DNA of 24,000 bases, taken from sequence record HQ317393.2; one strand, 5' to 3'. A program made the position numbers and the translations under genes. This stretch comes from Vibrio phage nt-1. The stretch's first letter is position 1; each line of letters starts with the position of its first letter. The notes under the pieces were generated by a model that ran no database searches, was not told the DNA's origin, and saw nothing but the letters and a program-made list of their open reading frames with translations. Below, in pieces: positions 15,794 through 23,716 of this stretch.

Positions 15794-16180
15794 ATGTTTG
15801 ACGCTGCTAGTGTTCGTGGTAATTATCACAGGAAGCAAAGTCCAGAACATCAAAAAGACATCAACGAACTGCAAGATTTTTTGTTTAACACGTTGATGAC
15901 TATTGATAAGATATCTAAAACAGAGCTTGAATCTAATTTCGGTGTTCCTGCGAAATTTTATGAAATAGTTGTTGACGAGTTAGAGAATTTAGGTTATCAT
16001 GTTAGAGCAGTGCAAGATACGTATCATTTAGATAACATGCTTGACTTGCGAAAACCATCAAAATTCGAATACATCACGTACAAATCACACGAAGACGCAG
16101 TAAGACACGTCAATAGTGTTCTTCGTGCGGGTGACAATACTCGAATGATACTAACACGAATATCTTGGAGACGAGCATGA
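15794..16180 (+). CDS. Hypothetical phage protein
   Basis: 128-aa ORF, ATGA coupled to the next gene. Confidence 0.75.
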   Translation: MFDAASVRGNYHRKQSPEHQKDINELQDFLFNTLMTIDKISKTELESNFGVPAKFYEIVVDELENLGYHVRAVQDTYHLDNMLDLRKPSKFEYITYKSHEDAVRHVNSVLRAGDNTRMILTRISWRRA

Positions 16181-16437
16181 TTACAGCGGAAAAAGCAAGA
16201 GCGAGAGCAATTCGCAACATGAAGTTGCAATTCGATACTGAAGATCTCGAACACGTCGAAGACAAAATTTACGAAGCTGTTGATGAGTGTCGTTTCGCAA
16301 TAAACGTCAAAATGGCTGATGAAATGCCGAACACAGCGAGTCACAAGCAAAAACGTCTTCTAATCGAGTATCTACGACTAAATGGCTACAATGCGTTTTA
16401 TGTCGCTGACATTTTGGAGATTCGATGGCAGATCTAA
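16177..16437 (+). CDS. MITA-type small protein, copy 2
   Basis: MITAEKARARA…NGYNAFYVADILEIRW; parallels the 15059 product. Confidence 0.75.
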   Translation: MITAEKARARAIRNMKLQFDTEDLEHVEDKIYEAVDECRFAINVKMADEMPNTASHKQKRLLIEYLRLNGYNAFYVADILEIRWQI

Positions 16438-17153
16438 AAGTTTATTACTGTAGTGACATTCACAACGATTATCACGAAACAAACGCGCTAGAAACGCTTG
16501 TGGGCGACAAAACTGCTGTACTAGTAGTAGCAGGTGACATTAACAGCAAAGGGCGCACTGTGCGCGATTTAGAAGCTGTTGCTGATCGCTGGCGTGCTAT
16601 TATAGCAGTGCCTGGTAACCACGACTGGTGGGGTCTTGCTATTCACGAGACTCACAAGTTCGAAACTACGCTTGACAATGTGCATGTGCTAATGGAAGAC
16701 ACTGTTGTTATTGACGACGTGACATTCTGTGGTACTACACTGTGGCATGAAATCAACGACTGGTTTGAAGGTCAGCGTTGGAAAGAGACAATGAACGACC
16801 GTAAAAAGATTCGCGGGCCTCAGTGGCGCGGATTATATGGCGAAGACGTTCATGCAATGCATAAACAAGCTGTGAAGTTCATTGAGAAATGTCGCGATAT
16901 TGAAGGCAAGAAAGTCTTGATCACTCATCACGCACCGTCACGTCAAAGCATTTCGTCGTATTATCTTTATTCACCGACGAATAGTTTTTATTGCACTGAC
17001 CTCGAACACTTGCTAGAGGGTTTTGATTTTGCAATTCATGGTCATGTTCATCAAGAATTTGACTATCACGTAAATGGCTGTAATGTAGTGTGTAACCCAC
17101 ATGCATACGGCTCAGAAAACCCAGAATATGGGATTAGGATTTTTGACATATGA
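16425..17153 (+). CDS. Calcineurin-like metallophosphoesterase
   Basis: CSDIHND, VAGDINSKG, VPGNHDWWG, LITHHAPS, HGHVH. Confidence 0.93.
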   Translation: MADLKVYYCSDIHNDYHETNALETLVGDKTAVLVVAGDINSKGRTVRDLEAVADRWRAIIAVPGNHDWWGLAIHETHKFETTLDNVHVLMEDTVVIDDVTFCGTTLWHEINDWFEGQRWKETMNDRKKIRGPQWRGLYGEDVHAMHKQAVKFIEKCRDIEGKKVLITHHAPSRQSISSYYLYSPTNSFYCTDLEHLLEGFDFAIHGHVHQEFDYHVNGCNVVCNPHAYGSENPEYGIRIFDI

Positions 17154-17365
17154 TGTTTTTGACACTGTACATTCTAATTGGTGCTCTATTGACAATTGCA
17201 ATGGGTGACCGTCTTGACAACAACTTTAAACAGATCTCTGATGGTGAAGCTTCAAATACCGCGATCAAAATCTTTTCGGTATTTGCATCACCGCTGCTTG
17301 CAGTAGTGGTGTTAATCGTCTATATCGTTAAATTTGGTATGCTTATTGTGAAAAAAGCTGATTAA
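17150..17365 (+). CDS. Small membrane protein
   Basis: Two hydrophobic stretches; ATGA overlap. Confidence 0.65.
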   Translation: MMFLTLYILIGALLTIAMGDRLDNNFKQISDGEASNTAIKIFSVFASPLLAVVVLIVYIVKFGMLIVKKAD

Positions 17366-17372
17366 ATTGTCA

Positions 17373-17426
17373 TTAAATACGTGCGTCAATTAATAATCAA
17401 AAGGTAAAATATGACGCACGATTTGA
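17373..17426 (+). promoter_or_regulatory. Start-codon-sequestering inverted repeat overlapping a late-promoter-like TTAAATAC
   Basis: CGTGCGTCA (17380-17388) / TGACGCACG (17412-17420), extendable by TTAAAT/ATTTGA across a bulged A; ATG is at 17411. Confidence 0.6.
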
Positions 17427-17656
17427 ATATGCTTCTAGAGCAGTACAACCTCGCGAATTACGAATGCGACGGTGATTTTGAAGACTATTACTGGTCGGTT
17501 GCAGAATGGATTGGTCAGACTGTATTCAGTCATGGCACGATTCGCAAGCACGATATCCTTGAATTGCTATGCGATTTACTTGAAATATCAGAAGATGACA
17601 TCAATGTCGATGACGTTGACGAGTTTCTTTCTGAAGCTTATGAGGTACTTGATTAA
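17411..17656 (+). CDS. Hypothetical acidic phage protein
   Basis: 81 aa; AAGG 8 nt before the ATG. Confidence 0.75.
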   Translation: MTHDLNMLLEQYNLANYECDGDFEDYYWSVAEWIGQTVFSHGTIRKHDILELLCDLLEISEDDINVDDVDEFLSEAYEVLD

Positions 17657-17678
17657 TGAAGAAATTTCATCGTAAGGA

Positions 17679-17714
17679 GTTGTTTCACTGAGTAACTTAA
17701 CTTGGAGAAACAAC
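17679..17714 (+). promoter_or_regulatory. RNA hairpin occluding the SD of ORF 17716
   Basis: GTTGTTTCaCTGAGT / ACTTGGaGAAACAAC: 14 pairs (two G-T), one A-A mismatch, 6-nt loop; includes SD GGAG 17704-17707. Confidence 0.7.
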
Positions 17715-17715
17715 A

Positions 17716-18228
17716 ATGACAGAACAAAAACTGTACAAAGGCGTAAAAGAAAAAGATCTACCTGTTTACACCTCGCGTGAATTTGGCTACAAATACATCT
17801 ACAAAGATTATGAAGGTGGTTGGGTTCCTGAGTGGGCAAGAACTTATGTTCGCTATGAGAAATGGTTGACAATGCGCTTAGCAGTCGGATTTTACATTTC
17901 TCGCGAGGCAAACCGCATCATTCGTCTGATGCGTACTGGTGAGTGCCTAGCACGTCACAAAGGCAACTACGTGTTTCGTTACACACCAGTCCCACACACT
18001 GGTGGTCGCAAACAATGGGTGTCAGCTAATCGCGGAAAAGGGTTGATGTCTCAGATTCAGCACGATAAAATGTGTGTTGATGAGATTGAAACAGAATACG
18101 GTAAAGTAGTACGTAAAAAGCGTTCTCTTACCGTTCGTCGTCTTCGCGATTGGGATGGGCTTACTCATTACGACGCGCCTCAGCGTAGTTGGAAACGCTC
18201 TAAAAAGCGTAAGCAGTGGATGAAATAA
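17716..18228 (+). CDS. Hypothetical basic phage protein
   Basis: 170 aa; C-terminus SWKRSKKRKQWMK. Confidence 0.8.
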   Translation: MTEQKLYKGVKEKDLPVYTSREFGYKYIYKDYEGGWVPEWARTYVRYEKWLTMRLAVGFYISREANRIIRLMRTGECLARHKGNYVFRYTPVPHTGGRKQWVSANRGKGLMSQIQHDKMCVDEIETEYGKVVRKKRSLTVRRLRDWDGLTHYDAPQRSWKRSKKRKQWMK

Positions 18229-18259
18229 AGAAAAGGGTTGACAGATGTCAGCCCTTTTT
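18228..18259 (+). repeat. 32-bp repeat copy 2: terminator hairpin with embedded TTGACA
   Basis: Identical to 9966-9997. Confidence 0.95.
18231..18259 (+). terminator. Rho-independent terminator
   Basis: AAAAGGGTTGAC-AGAT-GTCAGCCCTTTTT. Confidence 0.8.
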
Positions 18260-18267
18260 AGTAACAT
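18238..18267 (+). promoter_or_regulatory. Possible sigma70-like promoter TTGACA-18-TAACAT
   Basis: -35 inside the terminator hairpin, -10 overlapping the left arm of the next inverted repeat. Confidence 0.45.
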
Positions 18268-18297
18268 AGATGTTTTAATAGGAGAACATCTATGTTA
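18262..18297 (+). promoter_or_regulatory. 13-bp perfect inverted repeat sequestering the start codon of ORF 18292
   Basis: TAACATAGATGTT (18262-18274), loop TTAATAGGAG, AACATCTATGTTA (18285-18297); SD GGAG in the loop, ATG 18292 in the right arm. Confidence 0.85.
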
Positions 18298-18492
18298 TAT
18301 CAAATTTTAATAGCGACACTTGCTTTTATTTTAGTAGTCATATCAGCAGTACCGATGGTATATGTGATTGACAATATCATTGAAGATAGATTCGATTCAA
18401 CGGTAAATGGGGCACTCGTATTACTATTATGTGTTGCTTTGTTTTGCTTGACTTTCATTTCAGTTGTCTTTGCTGGCGCTGAGTACATGTAA
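18292..18492 (+). CDS. Small two-helix membrane protein
   Basis: 66 aa, ILIATLAFILVVISAVPMVYVI…GALVLLLCVALFCLTFISVVFAG. Confidence 0.7.
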   Translation: MLYQILIATLAFILVVISAVPMVYVIDNIIEDRFDSTVNGALVLLLCVALFCLTFISVVFAGAEYM

Positions 18493-18505
18493 CGAGAAAT
18501 ATATT

Positions 18506-19102
18506 ATGACAGATAAGAAACAAAAACCGACTCTAATTTTTGACGTAGACGGCGTGCTAATCGATTGGGCAAGTCAGCTACCGTTATTCTGCAAACGCTG
18601 TGGCATCGACCCTGTACTTGCATTGAAGCACTTCACAGCTAAAGAACACGTAGATGTTCGAGATCTATTTGGCGTTGAGCAACGTTCAATTGCATTCGAT
18701 TTACTTGAGCGTTACAACTTAGAACACGGCAAGTACATGACTGCGTTCCCTGATGCAGTTGAGAACGTACACAAAATCGCCAAAGAATACAATCTAATCG
18801 CACTGACAAAGTTCGGTGACACGACTGATCATTGGTTAGTTCGCAAATTCAATCTTGAAACGTTCTTCCCATCTTGCTTCAGTGAATTGATTACCATTCG
18901 CGGTGATGAAAGTAAGGTTGGGTATGTCGCGTCGATTCAAGCTGATCACAACGTGGTTGGATTTATCGACGACCAGCTTGAAAATATCGAAGCGATTTCA
19001 CGAGCAACCAAGCTGAAGACGATTCACTTAAATCGATACGATGAACGAGCTGATGTAAATCACATGTCTAAATTGCTTGATTTCTTACATCAAGAAGTTT
19101 AA
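18506..19102 (+). CDS. HAD-superfamily hydrolase
   Basis: LIFDVDGVLIDW (DxDGV), IALTKFGD, VGFIDDQLENIEAI. Confidence 0.85.
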   Translation: MTDKKQKPTLIFDVDGVLIDWASQLPLFCKRCGIDPVLALKHFTAKEHVDVRDLFGVEQRSIAFDLLERYNLEHGKYMTAFPDAVENVHKIAKEYNLIALTKFGDTTDHWLVRKFNLETFFPSCFSELITIRGDESKVGYVASIQADHNVVGFIDDQLENIEAISRATKLKTIHLNRYDERADVNHMSKLLDFLHQEV

Positions 19103-19126
19103 GACAAACTGAATTCATAGTACAAT

Positions 19127-19147
19127 AAAGCTCCGTAAGGGGCTTTT
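19127..19147 (+). terminator. Weak rho-independent terminator
   Basis: AAAGCTCC-GTAA-GGGGCTTTT; short U run. Confidence 0.5.
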
Positions 19148-19158
19148 ATGAGGTCTAT

Positions 19159-19461
19159 ATGATTAAACGAGCATATTTTGTTCATGCTGATAGCGCACTT
19201 GCAAAACGTGCAGTTGTGCTAGATAAGCGTGAAGCAAAAGGCAAACCATTATTCACAAACAAAGAAGAATGGGAAGCTGAATTAAAAACAGACTGGCAAG
19301 AATGGAATAAAGAAATGTGTGACTACATTGTTCACATTTACGGTGATTATATCGCTGGTAAACGATTCTCAGTTCAAGTATTACACGATCAGTCAGTATT
19401 CATTGAGGAAGATAATGTTTGCTATACTAATGAAAAGCAACCAAGAAGTGGCGATTATTGA
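19159..19461 (+). CDS. Hypothetical phage protein
   Basis: 100-aa ORF with AGG upstream of the ATG. Confidence 0.75.
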   Translation: MIKRAYFVHADSALAKRAVVLDKREAKGKPLFTNKEEWEAELKTDWQEWNKEMCDYIVHIYGDYIAGKRFSVQVLHDQSVFIEEDNVCYTNEKQPRSGDY

Positions 19462-19645
19462 TATCGGTGACGTGACAATGCCTGCATTGTACATGAAAGA
19501 AGATGACGCACTTCGTACACTGTACAAAAACGACTTATACGAAAAATGCTTTGTGGCGCGTGTTCGCCCTGAAATTTACATAGATGGTGGTAATAATGAT
19601 TCTGGAAATTCTGAACAGACTAGCAGCAACAACGAAAAGAACTGA
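19415..19645 (+). CDS. Hypothetical acidic protein, overlapping both neighbours
   Basis: GAGGA SD at 19405-19409; overlaps the previous ORF by 47 nt and the ligase by 50 nt. Confidence 0.6.
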   Translation: MFAILMKSNQEVAIIDIGDVTMPALYMKEDDALRTLYKNDLYEKCFVARVRPEIYIDGGNNDSGNSEQTSSNNEKN

Positions 19646-20930
19646 GAAAGAGGCAATTCTGAAGTCTGAAAAAGACAACGAATTGCTTAAACGTGTGTTT
19701 GAACTTGCATACACGCCAACGTATCAGTTCAATATGAAGAAACTGCCTGATGTTACTGTGGGTGGTGCGTATGTTCACGAATACCAAGAACTTGATACAG
19801 AGCTTGAGCGTGTATTCAGTACGCTTGTATTGAATCAGATGCGCGGTCACGCTGCTCAAGATTTTGTAGCTAAAACACTAGCGTCTGTATCTGAAGACGA
19901 TGCAGAAGTCATTCGTCGCGTTATCTTGAAAGATTTGCGCACTGGTTGTACTGGCAGCACCGCGAACAAAATCTGGAAAGGTCTGATTGCAGAACAGCCG
20001 CAAATGCTTGCAAGCTCGTTCAAAGAAAAGCTAGTTGACGACATTCTAAAGAAAGAGGCATTCGCAGAGCTTAAAGCTGATGGCGCGCGTTGCTTTGCTC
20101 ACATCGACAAAGAAGGCAACATCACATTCACGTCGCGCAACGGTAAGCAATACACTGGCTTGATTAAGTTAGAGCGTGAAATTGCAAAGCTAAATGCAAA
20201 CGGGTTTGTTATTGATGGTGAACTCGTATACGCCCCAAATGGGCTAGAAAACGTTGAAGATCGTTCGACTGGCAACGGCATCGTAAACAAAGCAAGCAAA
20301 GGCACTATCACTGCTCAAGAGCAAGCAGATATCGTGTTTCAAGTATGGGATATCATCCCAGATGAAGTTTACTTCGGTATTTGTAAGGGATTGAATTCAC
20401 CGTATCGTCTACGTAAGCAATTCTTAGCTGATTTAGTAGTCGATGCAGTTGATATCGAGCCTATTCCGTGGCATGTTGTTCACACTAAAGAAGAAGCAGG
20501 TAAAATCTACGCTGAGTACGTAGCGCAAGGTCTAGAAGGGATTATCTTGAAAGACCCCGACGCACTATGGGAAAATAAGCGAAGCAAGTCACTTGTTAAA
20601 TTCAAAGAAGTGCATGACGGGGATCTTGAGATCATTGAAGTACTAGAAGGCGACAAGAAGAACAAAGGTAAGCTTGGTGCTCTTCTATTGCGTTCAGCGT
20701 GTGGTCGTTTGATTACTAAAGTTGGTAGTGGGTTCACTGACAAAGATCGTGAAGAAATGTGGGAAAGACGCGACGAATTGATTGGCATGATTGTCGAAAT
20801 CAATTATAATGCAATCACCCGCGCACGAAACAAAGATACGTGGTCTTGTTTCTTACCTATCTTTGTGAAAATACGTGATGATAAAGACGTTGCAAACACG
20901 CTTGATGAAATGAGCGGTTTCAATGGTTAA
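19596..20930 (+). CDS. 30: ATP-dependent DNA ligase, T4 gp30-like
   Basis: MILEILNRLA…KDNELLKRVFELAY N-terminus, KADGARCFAHI (KxDG), DGELVY, EGIILKDP, LVKFKE. Confidence 0.93.
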   Translation: MILEILNRLAATTKRTEKEAILKSEKDNELLKRVFELAYTPTYQFNMKKLPDVTVGGAYVHEYQELDTELERVFSTLVLNQMRGHAAQDFVAKTLASVSEDDAEVIRRVILKDLRTGCTGSTANKIWKGLIAEQPQMLASSFKEKLVDDILKKEAFAELKADGARCFAHIDKEGNITFTSRNGKQYTGLIKLEREIAKLNANGFVIDGELVYAPNGLENVEDRSTGNGIVNKASKGTITAQEQADIVFQVWDIIPDEVYFGICKGLNSPYRLRKQFLADLVVDAVDIEPIPWHVVHTKEEAGKIYAEYVAQGLEGIILKDPDALWENKRSKSLVKFKEVHDGDLEIIEVLEGDKKNKGKLGALLLRSACGRLITKVGSGFTDKDREEMWERRDELIGMIVEINYNAITRARNKDTWSCFLPIFVKIRDDKDVANTLDEMSGFNG

Positions 20931-20933
20931 AAT

Positions 20934-20957
20934 AAAAGGGGCGAAAGCCCCTTTTTT
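20934..20957 (+). terminator. Rho-independent terminator
   Basis: AAAAGGGGC-GAAA-GCCCCTTTTTT. Confidence 0.93.
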
Positions 20958-20959
20958 CG

Positions 20960-20969
20960 TATAAATACT
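20960..20969 (+). promoter_or_regulatory. T4-type late promoter (TATAAATACT)
   Basis: Exact match to the T4 late consensus TATAAATA, 3 nt after a terminator and 23 nt before ATG 20991. Confidence 0.75.
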
Positions 20970-20990
20970 TTCATTTAAGAGAGACGATAA

Positions 20991-21878
20991 ATGATTATTT
21001 TCGAACATCAAGACTCGCTTGTTGAAGCTTTTACGACACCTGCTCCGTATCGTTGGGCAGATGATAATAATATTGTGTTCAGAGTCGGGTCAACGAATTA
21101 CCAGGCTAATATCAACTCATACGAGAACAGAAACACGCAGAGTCGAAATATAGACGTGTCATTTCAATGGCAGACTGAAAGCGGTAGATGGACGTTCACA
21201 TTGAAAAAAAGTGATAATCCGAAAGATGCACTTACAGTGATCAGTACAATTCTGGCTGCTACATTCGAAAAAGAAGCAAAAGAGAAGCCAGATACGATTT
21301 CGTTTAGTGCGTTCACCGATGACAATGATAGAGACGCACAGAAGCGTTTCAAACTTTACAAACGAATTGCTGAGCGTTATGCAAAAGAGCGTAATTACAC
21401 ACTACAAGTTCATGATCGTTCTTTTCTTCTAACTAATAACGCGAAACCAAGTCAGATGAGACGATTCCCGAACGACGGCGTTATTGAAGAAGACGGTCTT
21501 GTTTATGCTGAATTCCCGCGTGTCAATGCGTTCACATGGGCTAAAATGTTCTGGCTTGACAATGCAGGTGATTACATCGACTTGTCTCTACCACATGGTC
21601 GTGTTAAGGTGACTCGAACATCAGAAGATGTAGTCACTGTCGATGGGCGCAACGCAGAAGGCAAAATCGATAACTTAGATAGCTCTTATGTATGGCTGAG
21701 TATGCTTGGTGAGATTAAAGTTCGCACACGAACCGGTCGAGAATTCACATTGTCTGAAAGGGGTGTTATACTTGACGCTGGTGACATGATTTTGTGTGAC
21801 GATAAGACAATATATTACTTGTCAGATGAAGAAATGTTCGCTGATATTTGGGGTTACGATATTATCGAAATCGTATAA
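20991..21878 (+). CDS. Hypothetical late phage protein
   Basis: 295 aa behind a late-type promoter and ahead of a terminator. Confidence 0.85.
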   Translation: MIIFEHQDSLVEAFTTPAPYRWADDNNIVFRVGSTNYQANINSYENRNTQSRNIDVSFQWQTESGRWTFTLKKSDNPKDALTVISTILAATFEKEAKEKPDTISFSAFTDDNDRDAQKRFKLYKRIAERYAKERNYTLQVHDRSFLLTNNAKPSQMRRFPNDGVIEEDGLVYAEFPRVNAFTWAKMFWLDNAGDYIDLSLPHGRVKVTRTSEDVVTVDGRNAEGKIDNLDSSYVWLSMLGEIKVRTRTGREFTLSERGVILDAGDMILCDDKTIYYLSDEEMFADIWGYDIIEIV

Positions 21879-21881
21879 AAG

Positions 21882-21907
21882 AAAAGGGAGCAAATGCTCC
21901 CTTTTTT
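21882..21907. terminator. Bidirectional terminator between convergent genes
   Basis: AAAAGGGAGC-AAAT-GCTCCCTTTT(TT), A/T tracts on both sides. Confidence 0.9.
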
Positions 21908-21909
21908 GA

Positions 21910-23553
21910 TCATGGTGTTAGAGGACTACGCTCTTTAACCAATCGTTCTTCGTCAACCGTTGGTTCGGCTGCACGCATGAAGTCAGCGACTTCAGTTAGT
22001 TCATGAATTCGTTCTTGTCGTTTACGTTCAGAAAGAACACTGAATTTTTCATGCTTGTTCTTTTTCTTCAGTCTGATGACTGCATCGAATTCAGAAAGTT
22101 GAATCAGCTCAGCTTCAAACAATGTATTGCGATTGATGATGAATTCGCAATCACCTTTCTTCCCATGCTTACCTGTTGCAAGAATCGGCAACCCTTCAGC
22201 TTCGATTACAAACACAACGTTCAATTTCTTATCAGTTTCAAGCATATCTAGCATTGTTGATTTGCTATTTTTATCGATTGCATTCACGATAGTTTTCGAT
22301 GATGATTCAACGAAGTTACATGCAACAATAGGGTTTGTTGATGATGAGATAAACGCAGTAGACGCAAATACCCCAGATTCAAGAATCGCACCAACTCGCT
22401 TGCTGCTCATTTCAGCACCACGGTACAATGTCATTGCACTAGCAGATTTACCCGCCTCAGCAAACGCATAATCGAGACGCTTAATGATGTCTGATGCTTT
22501 ATCAGATTCAATGCCGTGTACCAATGCTTCATTCACTTTCCACGCATATCGCGACGCAGAATAGCGAGAAATTGCAGCTTGCGTAAGCGACCCAAGCCCA
22601 GCGAATGAATCTTCTTGCATCAATAGCATAGAAAGACGCTCATATTGCGCTTCAAGAGCACGAGAACGCGATTCAAGTAAGCAGTTGAATACATCACTAG
22701 GGTTTTTAGATTCGTGCATGTACGAGTTGATAGAGTTAGCAAGAACTGGTAGCTCAAGATTCATGTCAATCAATCCTTGTGCAGCCATTGCAATTTTCGA
22801 CTCAGATTCAGTTAATGCAATTTCAGTTAAACGCGCATTGTGTGATGTGCTGTGATGCGATTCAAGTTGCGGCATTTGAAGAACTGCGTTCGGAACACGA
22901 GCAGCAGGATTGTCGCCAACCCACGTATCAAGAACAACGTCGTCGTAATCATCATATTCAGCACCAGCAGTAACGATGATTGTTTTCTTGCTTGAAATGT
23001 CAGTTTCTTGCGACATTTTAGCAGCAATCATGTTTACCGTTTCTTCAGACGCTTCGAATAGCTTGTCAGCGTTGTATCCTGGTTTTGTGATGACGAAGTA
23101 GCTGAAATCATCAACCATTTCAGATGTACCATCGTTAACGATTTTAGTCGTCTCGCAGCCATAGCGTAGCTTTTTGAATAGCGTTTTTACGCGCATGTCA
23201 AACATTTTACCACTGCCAAGCTTTTGAATTCGCATCGATACGACGTTTGCACGACGACTAAGCATGAAGTCGTAAACAAGCGTTACGATAGTTTCAATTA
23301 GTTTTTGCTGATCGCCCATTTCACGAATAGTCAACCCGCCTTTCTTTCCGCGCATAGCAGAAACAGTGCAGAACCAGCTACGTTTGCCACGATTGCCGAT
23401 GTCTGATTTGGTTTTAGTAGTGAACGAAACAACGATGTCCCTAGCTTCGCCTTTCATATCGATCACAAAGAATTTGTTTTCTTTGGTCGAGCGAGCCGGA
23501 TAGTAGTCGTATGTCGCGCTCATGTTTTCTGTTAATTGTTGATATCCAATCAT
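21910..23553 (-). CDS. Alt-like ADP-ribosyltransferase (putative)
   Basis: C-terminal region LYRGAEM…GVFASTAFISSSTNPIVACNF…VFVIEAEGLPILA…KKGDCEFIINRNTLFEA fits the R…STS…xxE ART layout. ATG at 23553, GTG alternative at 23568. Confidence 0.7.
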   Translation of the reverse strand: MIGYQQLTENMSATYDYYPARSTKENKFFVIDMKGEARDIVVSFTTKTKSDIGNRGKRSWFCTVSAMRGKKGGLTIREMGDQQKLIETIVTLVYDFMLSRRANVVSMRIQKLGSGKMFDMRVKTLFKKLRYGCETTKIVNDGTSEMVDDFSYFVITKPGYNADKLFEASEETVNMIAAKMSQETDISSKKTIIVTAGAEYDDYDDVVLDTWVGDNPAARVPNAVLQMPQLESHHSTSHNARLTEIALTESESKIAMAAQGLIDMNLELPVLANSINSYMHESKNPSDVFNCLLESRSRALEAQYERLSMLLMQEDSFAGLGSLTQAAISRYSASRYAWKVNEALVHGIESDKASDIIKRLDYAFAEAGKSASAMTLYRGAEMSSKRVGAILESGVFASTAFISSSTNPIVACNFVESSSKTIVNAIDKNSKSTMLDMLETDKKLNVVFVIEAEGLPILATGKHGKKGDCEFIINRNTLFEAELIQLSEFDAVIRLKKKNKHEKFSVLSERKRQERIHELTEVADFMRAAEPTVDEERLVKERSPLTP

Positions 23554-23584
23554 TTTGTATAGACTCACCCTTTAGAAATATATG

Positions 23585-23595
23585 AGTATTTATGG
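23585..23595 (-). promoter_or_regulatory. Putative late promoter on minus strand (CCATAAATACT)
   Basis: ATAAATACT motif 32 nt upstream of the minus-strand ATG. Confidence 0.6.
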
Positions 23596-23645
23596 TAGTT
23601 AGTGAAGCTTGATTAAAAAAATACCACTTTTTGTTTAAAAAGTGC

Positions 23646-23674
23646 TTGCAATGTCCATCTGATAGTCGTAATAT
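23646..23674 (+). promoter_or_regulatory. Sigma70-like early promoter (TTGCAA-17-TAATAT)
   Basis: -35 23646-23651, -10 23669-23674; upstream AAAAAGTGCTTGC shared with the 5632 promoter. Confidence 0.7.
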
Positions 23675-23716
23675 GTGTTCATCGAAACGAAATACACAAA
23701 CATGAGAGTACAAATT

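Noticed and set aside
19620-20803. Minus-strand ORFs opposite DNA ligase (79, 62, 70, 98 aa)
   Set aside because: Shadow ORFs of a well supported ligase with low-complexity Ser/Pro content.
22003-23027. Plus-strand ORFs (82, 114, 64 aa) and the minus-strand 66-aa ORF within the ADP-ribosyltransferase gene
   Set aside because: Overlapping a long, well-formed minus-strand ORF; no RBS and composition like translated antisense.
23625-23644. CACTTTTT-GTTT-AAAAAGTG hairpin upstream of the 23646 promoter as a terminator
   Set aside because: Stem is nearly all A/T with no upstream plus-strand gene to terminate; more likely an AT-rich element of the divergent promoter region.
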